From an uncultured Algibacter sp. (GTDB lineage Bacteria > Bacteroidota > Bacteroidia > Flavobacteriales > Flavobacteriaceae), in contig NZ_CANKXK010000011.1 of NCBI RefSeq assembly GCF_947487605.1, forward strand, positions 47,759-111,758: 64,000 nt of DNA, in the 5' to 3' direction. The translations under genes and the position numbers were made by a program. Below, piece by piece: positions 28,106-36,967 of this stretch. The notes under the pieces were generated by a model. The model had not been told where the DNA came from and made no database searches. It saw only the letters and a program-made list of their open reading frames with translations. Every line of letters begins with the position of its first letter. The stretch's first letter is position 1.

Positions 28106-30046
28106 ATGAAAATATTTATAAAAGTTTTATTAGTTGTTTTCCTAGTTTACTCTTGTTCAAAAGATGACGAAGCAGTCACGCTTAGTAATGAATCCAAATT
28201 AATTTCCTTTTCAATAAAAGAAATCTCAGAAAGCTTTAATATATCTAATAATAATATTGTTGAAACTATAATTTCTGAAGAACAAGATTTAACAAATCTA
28301 ACAGCTATTTTTACTATTTCTCCTAATGCAAAAGCATATATAGGGAATGACCTACAAACATCTGGCTATTCTAGAAATAATTATTCTAATCCGGTAACTT
28401 TTGTTATTGAAGCCGAAGATGGAACTAAAACCAACTACACCATAATTGTGGACATAGAAGCAAACCTATTAACTTTCAGTGTCTTAGAGCTTCCTAGTAT
28501 TCCATTTAACATAAATGACACAAATATTACCGCAACCGTACCATCAGGAACCGATTTAACTGAACTTACTGCAACGTTTTCTTTATCGGGTAACTCTGAA
28601 TTATATATTGGTAGTACAAAACAGATTTCAGGTGAAACAAAAAATGATTTTAGTCAAGCTGTAACTTATGATTTAAAGAAAAACAATGAATTAGTTAAAG
28701 CATACACCGTAGCCATTGAAGAAGCTCCTAATACTAACCCAGTAGCAGAAGCAGGAGATGACAAAATAGCCATACTTGTTGGTTCAGCTACAACCGCAAC
28801 TATAAATTTAGATGCTTCTAAATCATATGATGCCGAAGCTCCCCTAGCCTCTTATGAGTGGAAACTTGAAGGAAACACTATTAGTACAGAAACCCTAACA
28901 AGTGTTGAATTACCTTTAGGTATTCATGTTATAGAATTAACGGTAACAGATTCAAGTGGAACAATAGCCACAGATACTATAACTGTTGAAGTAAGAATGC
29001 AAGGCGTTTATATACCCATAGATTCAGAAGCTACTTTTGAGACAAAAAATTTGTATAATAAAATAGCTTCCTTAGCAAACAGTAGCGAATTTGCTTTTGG
29101 ACAGGAGTTCCCAATGTCATTTCAATTAAATAATTTAAGAACAGATTTAAGTACATCTGATTGTAAAGATATTACTGGAGAACATCCAGGAGTTTATGGC
29201 ATTGACCCGCATTACTTAATGTACAAAACTAGCGAACAAAAACAGCTACATATTGATGAGGCTAAATATGCTTATAACAATGGTTCAATCGTAACATTCG
29301 ATTTTCATCAACAAAGTAGAAATGATCATAAAATTTATATCGATAATATTACCACTAGTACAGATAAAAGTTTAATGTACGATATTGTAAATAATCAAAA
29401 TGGTTCACGTGAATGGTTTTATAGTGAATTAGATGAAGTTTTAGAAATAATAAATAACGATCTAGGGTTTCCCATAGTATTTAGATTATTCCATGAAATG
29501 GATGGAAATTGGTTCTGGTGGGGCTCAAGTGCAACAAATCATTCAACTCAATTATATATTGATTTTTACAGATTAGCTGCAGATTATATTAAAGAAAGAA
29601 CGAATCTTGTGCTATTTGGATGGACACCTAATCAAAAATTAAACATAAATTACTATCCAGGTGATACTTATGTAGATGTTGTAGGTATAGATGTATATGA
29701 TGGAGTAAGTGCTAACTTAAAAACCAATTTGATTGAATTAAGTGATTTTGCTTACAATCATGGTAAAGTGGCAATTTTATCAGAAACAGGAAAGCAAAAT
29801 TATGTAAATAGCGATATCGATTTCTGGACAGGTAACATACTATCTGCTATTGAATCAGGGGGAAGTGATATTAGGATTGCTTGGGCATTAGCATGGTTTA
29901 ATGCGCCATGGGATTCTAGTCAATCAAACCTGTTTATACCCAATACTAATAGTTCAGATGAAGTTAAAAATGATTTTATTTCATTTTATAATAGCCCGTT
30001 AACACTTTTCCAATCTGAAGTAAAAGCTCTGGATGTTTATAATTAG
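28106..30046 (+). CDS. multidomain GH26 endo-beta-mannanase lipoprotein (2 Ig-like repeats, PKD domain, GH26 domain)
   Basis: 646 aa. Lipobox YSC. Two about 90-aa repeats ending NYTIIVDIE / AYTVAIEE. PKD-like segment. FRLFHEMDGNWFWWG (GH26 acid/base region) and AILSETG (nucleophile region). Confidence 0.85.
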   Translation: MKIFIKVLLVVFLVYSCSKDDEAVTLSNESKLISFSIKEISESFNISNNNIVETIISEEQDLTNLTAIFTISPNAKAYIGNDLQTSGYSRNNYSNPVTFVIEAEDGTKTNYTIIVDIEANLLTFSVLELPSIPFNINDTNITATVPSGTDLTELTATFSLSGNSELYIGSTKQISGETKNDFSQAVTYDLKKNNELVKAYTVAIEEAPNTNPVAEAGDDKIAILVGSATTATINLDASKSYDAEAPLASYEWKLEGNTISTETLTSVELPLGIHVIELTVTDSSGTIATDTITVEVRMQGVYIPIDSEATFETKNLYNKIASLANSSEFAFGQEFPMSFQLNNLRTDLSTSDCKDITGEHPGVYGIDPHYLMYKTSEQKQLHIDEAKYAYNNGSIVTFDFHQQSRNDHKIYIDNITTSTDKSLMYDIVNNQNGSREWFYSELDEVLEIINNDLGFPIVFRLFHEMDGNWFWWGSSATNHSTQLYIDFYRLAADYIKERTNLVLFGWTPNQKLNINYYPGDTYVDVVGIDVYDGVSANLKTNLIELSDFAYNHGKVAILSETGKQNYVNSDIDFWTGNILSAIESGGSDIRIAWALAWFNAPWDSSQSNLFIPNTNSSDEVKNDFISFYNSPLTLFQSEVKALDVYN

Positions 30047-30372
30047 TATTAAACTTATCTGACTGTAGTTTTTAGAGGATTACGTTTCTCTTTCATCTCT
30101 TTAATTTTCTTTTTAGAAAGAAAGTATAGCGTAAATTCAACATAAATATTTAGGTATAACTATTAAATATTAGTAAGTTATCATTTAATGCCTAATTAAA
30201 CCTTTCAGCAGTGCTAAAGAGTACAATGATTTTATCAATAAATGCTGTAAAGTTTAGATTCTAACGTTGAACTCACATCAATATAAATAGCATTTTAAGG
30301 TATTTGTAATTTGATTTTATAGAGAAAAAAAAGGTTTAGTGCCTAACTAAGAATTGTTAAATAAATATAATA

Positions 30373-32970
30373 ATGTTAAAAAAAGTATCTTTAGTTGTTT
30401 TCGTATGTTTTCTAGTATTACTATCCTGCAATTCAAAACGAGAAAAAAACATGATTGTTCGAGAATTAAATACTAACTGGAGTTTTAATGAGGTTAATGG
30501 TAAGCTAGGAGGTAAAGCAACTATCCCTGGAACAATCCATACCGATTTGCTGGCCAACAATTTAATTGAAGATCCTTTTTATCGTGTTAACGAAAAAAAG
30601 CAACAATGGATTGACAAAAAAGATTGGGAGTACAATACCAGCTTTAATATTGATGAAGCTATTTTAAAGAAGCGAAATATTATTCTAGACTTTCAAGGTT
30701 TAGACACCTATGCAGATGTTTTCCTTAACGATAGTATAATTTTACAAGCAGATAATATGTTTAGATCTTGGGAGGTGAATGTAAAATCTATTGCAAAGTT
30801 GGGTGAAAACAAGCTTAGGGTTTTGCTACATTCACCAACAAAAAAAGGACTAGAGTTATTAAGTAAATCGCCATATCCGTACCCAGCAATAAATGATCAA
30901 TCCGAAAATGGAGAAATGGGCGATGATAAAGTGTCCATATTCACAAGAAAAGCAGGCTATCATTATGGTTGGGATTGGGGACCAAGGTTAGTAACTTCTG
31001 GTATTTGGCGTCCGGTAGTTTTAAAAGCATGGAACCATACCATCATAGAAAATGTATTTGTAAAACAACCAAAAGTCACTAAAAAAGAAGCATTATTAAC
31101 TTTTGATATCTCTGTAAATATTGACGAGGCATTTTCTGGGGAGCTGCGTATAATAAACTCAGAAACACAGGCAATATACCATTCTGCAGAAGTAAATTTT
31201 AAAGAAGGTAGCGATATAGCTTCGATGTCCTTTTCAATACAGAATCCTAAATTATGGTGGTCTAAAGGCTTAGGCGAACCAAACATGTACAATTTTACAG
31301 TTCAAGTTCTTGATAATAAAGGCAATGAGATTACAAAAAAGGAAATTGCAACAGGTATAAGAGATATAAAGTTAATAAGAGAAAAAGATGAGTTTGGTGA
31401 ATCTTTTTTATTTAAAGTGAATGGTATTTCTACATTTATTAAAGGCGCAAACTATATACCCAACGATAATTTTTTACCCAGAGTTACTAAAAATGATTAC
31501 GACAAAGTAATTAAAGATGCAGTAGATGCCAATATGAATATGCTACGAGTTTGGGGCGGCGGTATATATGAAAATGATTATTTCTATGAGTTGTGTGATA
31601 AAAATGGACTGCTAGTATGGCAAGATTTTATGTTTGCATGTTCTATGTATCCTGGAGACGATGCTTTTTTAGAAAACATAAAGCAAGAAGCTATAGATAA
31701 TGTAATACGATTACGAAATCACCCAAGTATTGCGCTTTGGTGTGGAAATAATGAAATAAATGCAGCTTGGAGCCATTATAATGATGGTGGTTGGGGATGG
31801 AAAGAAGAATATACATATGAGCAGCGCGAAGAAATTCAAAAAGCCTATTTAGATATTTTTCATGAAGTACTACCTAATGTCGTTAAACAATATACTGATG
31901 GTGATGATTACTGGCCTTCTTCCCCACAAGCTGGTTTTGAACCTGAAAAGCATGCAGGTTATGAAAACCCATCTGGAGACATGCATTATTGGGGTGTTTG
32001 GCATGGGCAGCATCCTTTTGAAGATTTTGAAAAATATAAAGCGCGTTTTATGAGCGAATATGGTTTTCAATCATTCCCCAATATAGAAACCGTTAAAAAG
32101 TATGCCATTCCTGAAGATTACGATATTGAGAGTGAGGTTATGGCGTCTCATCAAAGAAGTGGCATTGGTAATCTTAGAATTAAGGAATATATGGGGTGGG
32201 ATTACAAAGTTCCCGAAAATTTTGAGGTATTTCTATATATGAGTCAAGTACTGCAAGCCCGTGGAGTAAAAATGGCAATCGAGGCACATCGTAGAGCTAT
32301 GCCCTATTGTATGGGAACTATGTATTGGCAAATAAACGATTGCTGGCCAGTAGCAAGTTGGAGTAGTACAGATTATTATCATAAATGGAAGGCTTTACAT
32401 TATGCTGTAAAAAAAGTATACAAACCAATAATTTTAACTGTACACGAAGAAAATAAAGAATTAAAAATTCATGCCATTTCAGATGAATTGGTAGCTAATA
32501 AAGGAGAATTAAAGCTAACTGTTATAGATTTTAATGGTAATACATTATCAGAAAGTATTATTAACACCGTTATAAACCCTAACACCAGCACAAACCTTTT
32601 TAAAATTGATACTGCAAAATTTGTAAAAGGATTTAATACAAAATCAATAGTTTTAAAAGTAGCATTTATTAAAGAAGGGCTACAAATTGCCGATAATTTA
32701 TATTATTTCGAAAAACCAAAAAATCTTGCCTTTGAAAACCCGACCATCTCAAAGGAAATTATAAAAGAAGAAGGGAAAACATATTTAAAACTTTCAACCG
32801 ATAAGTTGATAAAAGATTTATACATTAATTTTAAAAACCACAGTGTATTTTTAGCTGATAATTATTTTGATATGATACCTAATAAAGATAAACTAGTAGA
32901 GCTAACTGGAGATGTAGATCATATTGATATCAATAACATGGATTTGCTTTACTTATCCAAGGCTGAATAA
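30373..32970 (+). CDS. GH2 beta-mannosidase lipoprotein
   Basis: 865 aa. Lipobox LLSC. MLRVWGGGIYE, WCGNNEINAAW (acid/base) and FMSEYGFQSFP (nucleophile) as in GH2 beta-mannosidases. Confidence 0.85.
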   Translation: MLKKVSLVVFVCFLVLLSCNSKREKNMIVRELNTNWSFNEVNGKLGGKATIPGTIHTDLLANNLIEDPFYRVNEKKQQWIDKKDWEYNTSFNIDEAILKKRNIILDFQGLDTYADVFLNDSIILQADNMFRSWEVNVKSIAKLGENKLRVLLHSPTKKGLELLSKSPYPYPAINDQSENGEMGDDKVSIFTRKAGYHYGWDWGPRLVTSGIWRPVVLKAWNHTIIENVFVKQPKVTKKEALLTFDISVNIDEAFSGELRIINSETQAIYHSAEVNFKEGSDIASMSFSIQNPKLWWSKGLGEPNMYNFTVQVLDNKGNEITKKEIATGIRDIKLIREKDEFGESFLFKVNGISTFIKGANYIPNDNFLPRVTKNDYDKVIKDAVDANMNMLRVWGGGIYENDYFYELCDKNGLLVWQDFMFACSMYPGDDAFLENIKQEAIDNVIRLRNHPSIALWCGNNEINAAWSHYNDGGWGWKEEYTYEQREEIQKAYLDIFHEVLPNVVKQYTDGDDYWPSSPQAGFEPEKHAGYENPSGDMHYWGVWHGQHPFEDFEKYKARFMSEYGFQSFPNIETVKKYAIPEDYDIESEVMASHQRSGIGNLRIKEYMGWDYKVPENFEVFLYMSQVLQARGVKMAIEAHRRAMPYCMGTMYWQINDCWPVASWSSTDYYHKWKALHYAVKKVYKPIILTVHEENKELKIHAISDELVANKGELKLTVIDFNGNTLSESIINTVINPNTSTNLFKIDTAKFVKGFNTKSIVLKVAFIKEGLQIADNLYYFEKPKNLAFENPTISKEIIKEEGKTYLKLSTDKLIKDLYINFKNHSVFLADNYFDMIPNKDKLVELTGDVDHIDINNMDLLYLSKAE

Positions 32971-33252
32971 AATAATCTAAACACCCTTCATTATATTCTA
33001 AACTGATATCAAATATATAAACACAAATAGATTTTATATAGGGAAACACGAAATGAGCCTACAAGCTCTTAGTGTTTCCCTATCTTCACAAAACCATACG
33101 TGTATAAACCCTAAGTGATTTTAGCATAAAACATGCTATTCATATTTTTATTATTTACAGCATATTTTTTTTGAATAATAAAATAAATCGCGTCCATTCT
33201 TTTGCCTATCAATAAAAAAATGTATATTTAAGTACTTGTTTATCAAGACATC

Positions 33253-33447
33253 ATGGATAGAATAGTTGATATTAAAGACCAACAAGACAAACTCAACACA
33301 AAGTATAAACTTTTAGTAGAGCAAGCTTATAATCTTAGACAGACAGACTCTGCTTTAAGTGATATTTCTGAATACAGAGCTATTAAACTACTCAATAAGC
33401 TTAATAGGCTAAAATATCTTTCCAGAGGACAAAATCAATCCGCGTAA
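33253..33447 (+). CDS. small helical protein resembling the Lacal_2735 family
   Basis: 64 aa. L..KYK.L.EQAY.L......SD...Y.A pattern resembles what I remember of this flavobacterial small-protein family. Confidence 0.5.
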   Translation: MDRIVDIKDQQDKLNTKYKLLVEQAYNLRQTDSALSDISEYRAIKLLNKLNRLKYLSRGQNQSA

Positions 33448-33633
33448 ATATTTAGCATTTCTTTAACCTTTTCTTTACATCTAAAAGACTCATTTACACG
33501 TACTTTATATATATAAAAAGAACGGAAATGAACACACAATTTTGTAGAGTTGGAAAAATAAAACCCAACCTAAGTAAATCAATTAGTTTAAAAGAATTGG
33601 AAAAAAGAATAGCAAATTTTGTAGATGATACTA

Positions 33634-34455
33634 CTAAAGTGCATTATTCTGAAGATTTAAATGGAGCGTTTTAAAGTAAGTAAATGCTTTTGTTAATCTA
33701 GAGCCATACCAAGAAAACATCTCACCATCAACTAATATGAAGGTTGCATTGGAATAAATTTCTTGTAACTCTTTTTCATGCATATCTTTAAAAGGAAAAG
33801 GTTCTGAAGAAAGCATAACGATATCTACACTTTCATTTTTTTTAGAATCTGTTAACTCAATTTCTGGGTAGCGCTCTTTGTCTGAATATACATTTTGAAA
33901 TTTATTTAATTGAAGTAAATAGTTTATAAATGTATGGTTTCCCGCTACCATCCATGGATTCTTCCATATAAAATAAGCAACTTTTAATGAAAACTTGTTT
34001 TTAGTAAACATATTAAAGCTATTTAATTCAGCTTTAATATTATAGATGATAGATGATGCGTTTTCTCTACAATTAAATATTTCTCCATACTGCTGAATTA
34101 AACCTAAACTGTCAGAGATATTATAAATATCAGAAACATGTACTGCACAAATTTGTTCGCATGCTTCAACAATGTCTTTAGTATTCTCCTCTTTATTACA
34201 AAGAATGATATCAGGCAGTAATCCCTTAATCTTATCTAAATGAATTTGTTTAGTCCCCCCAACTACTGCAACATTAGATTTAATATGATGTGGATGCACA
34301 CAGAATTTGGTTATGCCTACTAGACTAGCTTCCAAACCCAAATCACATAATAATTCGGTTTGACTTGGCACTAATGAAATGATGCGTTTTGGAGTTTCTT
34401 TTAAATGAATACTTCTGTTGAGTTGATCTTGAATTTTAACAGGAGTCTTTTTCAT
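33634..34455 (-). CDS. TroA/BtuF-like (cobalamin or Fe-siderophore type) substrate-binding protein without an obvious signal peptide
   Basis: 273 aa. PKRIISLVPSQTELLCDLGL start and a C-terminal SWYGSR block are typical of the class III helical-backbone binding fold. No permease or ATPase neighbours. Confidence 0.7.
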   Translation of the reverse strand: MKKTPVKIQDQLNRSIHLKETPKRIISLVPSQTELLCDLGLEASLVGITKFCVHPHHIKSNVAVVGGTKQIHLDKIKGLLPDIILCNKEENTKDIVEACEQICAVHVSDIYNISDSLGLIQQYGEIFNCRENASSIIYNIKAELNSFNMFTKNKFSLKVAYFIWKNPWMVAGNHTFINYLLQLNKFQNVYSDKERYPEIELTDSKKNESVDIVMLSSEPFPFKDMHEKELQEIYSNATFILVDGEMFSWYGSRLTKAFTYFKTLHLNLQNNAL

Positions 34456-34518
34456 TACGAGAAAAATTATTGATTTTACGTGACAATCTTTAAACTATTA
34501 ACAGATTCCCACGTTATT

Positions 34519-35346
34519 TCATTCCTCAGAATGGTAGCTTAATTCATGCTTCATTTGCGCCTGTAGCTCCTCAGCTTTTAAAGCCGCCGCTTTTGTAAAA
34601 TCAGTACCATTTGAAGCATAAAGAATACCTCTTGAAGAATTGATTAATAAACCTATATTCTCGCTCATGCCATACCTGCAAACGTCTTGTAAATTACCGC
34701 CTTGAGCTCCAACACCAGGAACAAGTAAAAAACTGTCTGGAATAATTTTTCTAATATCAGCTAAATACTCCGCTTTTGTAGCGCCAACTACGTACATTAA
34801 GTTTTCAGAATGCTTCCAAGATTTTGAAATCTCTAGAACGTGTTTATATACCTCTTTATTTTCAATGTTTTTAGTTTGAAAATCGAAAGCCCCTTGATTT
34901 GAAGTTAATGCTAAAAGAATAGTGTGCTTATTTTCAAAGGCTAAAAAAGGTTCTACTGAATCTTTTCCCATATATGGTGCTACAGTAACAGAATCAAACG
35001 CTAAATCTTCAAAAAAAGCTTTAGCATACATGGTACTTGTATTACCAATATCACCACGTTTTGCATCAGCAATGGTAAAAATATCTGGGTGATTTTCGTT
35101 TAAATAATTAATCGTTTTTTCCAGAGCTTGCCAGCCTTTTATACCATAAGCTTCGTAAAAAGCCGTATTGGGTTTGTATGCCACACATAAATGATGAGTA
35201 GCATCAATAATAGCCTTATTAAAAGCAAAAATGGGATCGTCTTCTTTTAAAAGATGCTCAGGAATTTTATTTAAATCAACATCCAATCCAATACATAGAA
35301 AGGATTTCTTTTTTTTGATTTGCTGTATTAGGTCGCTAGTTGTCAA
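34519..35346 (-). CDS. pyrF: orotidine-5'-phosphate decarboxylase (type 2, long form)
   Basis: 275 aa. [20 protein letters not shown] and VPGVGAQGG blocks. Confidence 0.92.
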   Translation of the reverse strand: MTTSDLIQQIKKKKSFLCIGLDVDLNKIPEHLLKEDDPIFAFNKAIIDATHHLCVAYKPNTAFYEAYGIKGWQALEKTINYLNENHPDIFTIADAKRGDIGNTSTMYAKAFFEDLAFDSVTVAPYMGKDSVEPFLAFENKHTILLALTSNQGAFDFQTKNIENKEVYKHVLEISKSWKHSENLMYVVGATKAEYLADIRKIIPDSFLLVPGVGAQGGNLQDVCRYGMSENIGLLINSSRGILYASNGTDFTKAAALKAEELQAQMKHELSYHSEE

Positions 35347-35363
35347 TTCTAATAATATTTGTC

Positions 35364-35383
35364 ATTCCTGCGAAAGCAGGAAT
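35364..35383. repeat. REP-like hairpin ATTCCTGC-GAAA-GCAGGAAT between prfA and pyrF
   Basis: Read directly. This cattcctgcgaaagcaggaat type of hairpin is a common Bacteroidota intergenic element in my experience. No T-run. Confidence 0.5.
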
Positions 35384-35438
35384 CTAATTTTACATTGATT
35401 TTTAATGAAATGGAGCCTGTCTTCAGAGGAATAACAGT

Positions 35439-36515
35439 CTATATCACATCATTACTAGCCTTTAACTTCTCTGTGTTTTCAGCTAGTTGCAATTCGTCTA
35501 TAATTTTTTGAATATCTCCATTTACAATGTTCTGTAAATCATAAAGCGTTAAACCAATTCTATGATCAGTAACGCGTCCTTGTGGATAGTTATACGTTCT
35601 AATTTTTGCACTTCTATCACCACTAGTAACCATGGTACCACGTAAAGCGGCATCTTCTTCCATCTTTTTAGCTAACTCCAAATCATATAAACGAGAACGT
35701 AATACTTTAAAAGCTTTCTCTTTATTTTTGTGTTGCGATTTTTGGTCTTGACACTGGGCTACCAAACCTGTAGGCTCATGCGTTAAACGAACAGCTGAAT
35801 AAGTTGTATTTACAGATTGCCCTCCAGGACCAGAAGAACAGAAAAAATCTATTCGTACATCTTTTGGATTAATTTCAACATCAAACTCTTCAGCTTCAGG
35901 AAATACCATTACCGTTGCAGCACTGGTATGTACACGACCTTGAGTTTCTGTTTGCGGTACACGTTGCACTCGATGTACACCAGCTTCAAACTTTAAAGTC
36001 CCATAAACGTCTTCTCCAGAAACTTCAAACTGAATTTCTTTAAAACCGCCGTTAGTACCTTCACTAAAATCTACCGTATCAACACGCCAGCCTTTGCTTT
36101 CACAATATTTAGTGTACATTCTAAATAAATCGCCTGCAAAAATACTCGCTTCATCACCACCAGTTCCTGCACGTAATTCCACAACTGCGTTTTTAGAATC
36201 TTCAGGATCCTTTGGTATTAAAAGAACTTTAATTTCTTCCTCTAGTTTTGGAATACCTTCTTTAGCTTCATCATATTGCATTTTAGCCATTTCTACCATT
36301 TCGGCATCACTACCATCCGCAATTATTTCTTCAGCTTCAGCTAAATTATTGGTGAGTTCAAGATAGACCTCACGCTTATCCATTAAAATTCTTAAATCTT
36401 TATATTCTCGATTAAGCTCAACATAACGCTTTTGATCTGTGATGATATCTGGCTGAATAATTAAATCACTTACCTCATCAAAACGTTGTTTTACTATTTG
36501 TAATTTCTCTAACAT
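35439..36515 (-). CDS. prfA: peptide chain release factor 1
   Basis: 358 aa. PQT tripeptide motif (RF1 type P.T) and GGQ (SGPGGQSVN). Confidence 0.95.
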   Translation of the reverse strand: MLEKLQIVKQRFDEVSDLIIQPDIITDQKRYVELNREYKDLRILMDKREVYLELTNNLAEAEEIIADGSDAEMVEMAKMQYDEAKEGIPKLEEEIKVLLIPKDPEDSKNAVVELRAGTGGDEASIFAGDLFRMYTKYCESKGWRVDTVDFSEGTNGGFKEIQFEVSGEDVYGTLKFEAGVHRVQRVPQTETQGRVHTSAATVMVFPEAEEFDVEINPKDVRIDFFCSSGPGGQSVNTTYSAVRLTHEPTGLVAQCQDQKSQHKNKEKAFKVLRSRLYDLELAKKMEEDAALRGTMVTSGDRSAKIRTYNYPQGRVTDHRIGLTLYDLQNIVNGDIQKIIDELQLAENTEKLKASNDVI

Positions 36516-36634
36516 CTACCTTTTTTAATTGGTGACCAAAAATACGATAATTTATGAATTTTAAGGGCTTCCCTATAACCAGAATAAATGAAAATTAAAA
36601 ATAATATGATGTATTTGACGTTAATAAAGTTACT

Positions 36635-36922
36635 ATGCAACAGTTATCATCAATCTTTCTGTTTTATAAACCTTTCCTTATTTGGTCTTTTGGAGTAAAT
36701 ATTTTTTTATTGGTAATAGGTATTAATATTTTAAGCATTGCTTTTACAAAAATATTACTAACTCTTTTTTTATGGCACATTATTGAAGATACCAAAGAAA
36801 AGAAAATCCTGAAAATTCTAAAAAACAAAGGGTTTACTGCGTTTAAACTATTTTCTATTATTTACCTTATAGATATTTTTTTAAGCGTCCCTTTTCTACT
36901 AGTTCTGAATGAATTTATTTAA
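36635..36922 (+). CDS. small membrane protein, function unknown
   Basis: 95 aa with three hydrophobic helices. No family recognised. Confidence 0.45.
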   Translation: MQQLSSIFLFYKPFLIWSFGVNIFLLVIGINILSIAFTKILLTLFLWHIIEDTKEKKILKILKNKGFTAFKLFSIIYLIDIFLSVPFLLVLNEFI

Positions 36923-36967
36923 CCTTTACAACTTATATTAAACCAAGTAGAGCCTAATCTATCAAGA

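Noticed and set aside
33040-33081. 10-bp-stem hairpin AGGGAAACAC ... GTGTTTCCCT after the GH2 gene as a terminator
   Set aside because: It has a large 22-nt loop and no T-run. It may still be an RNA-stability element, but I cannot support a terminator call.
33528-33674. 48-aa plus-strand ORF MNTQFCRVGKIKPNL... overlapping the 3' end of the BtuF-like gene by 41 nt
   Set aside because: It has a convergent overlap with a supported gene, no recognisable family and no terminator. Evidence is insufficient.
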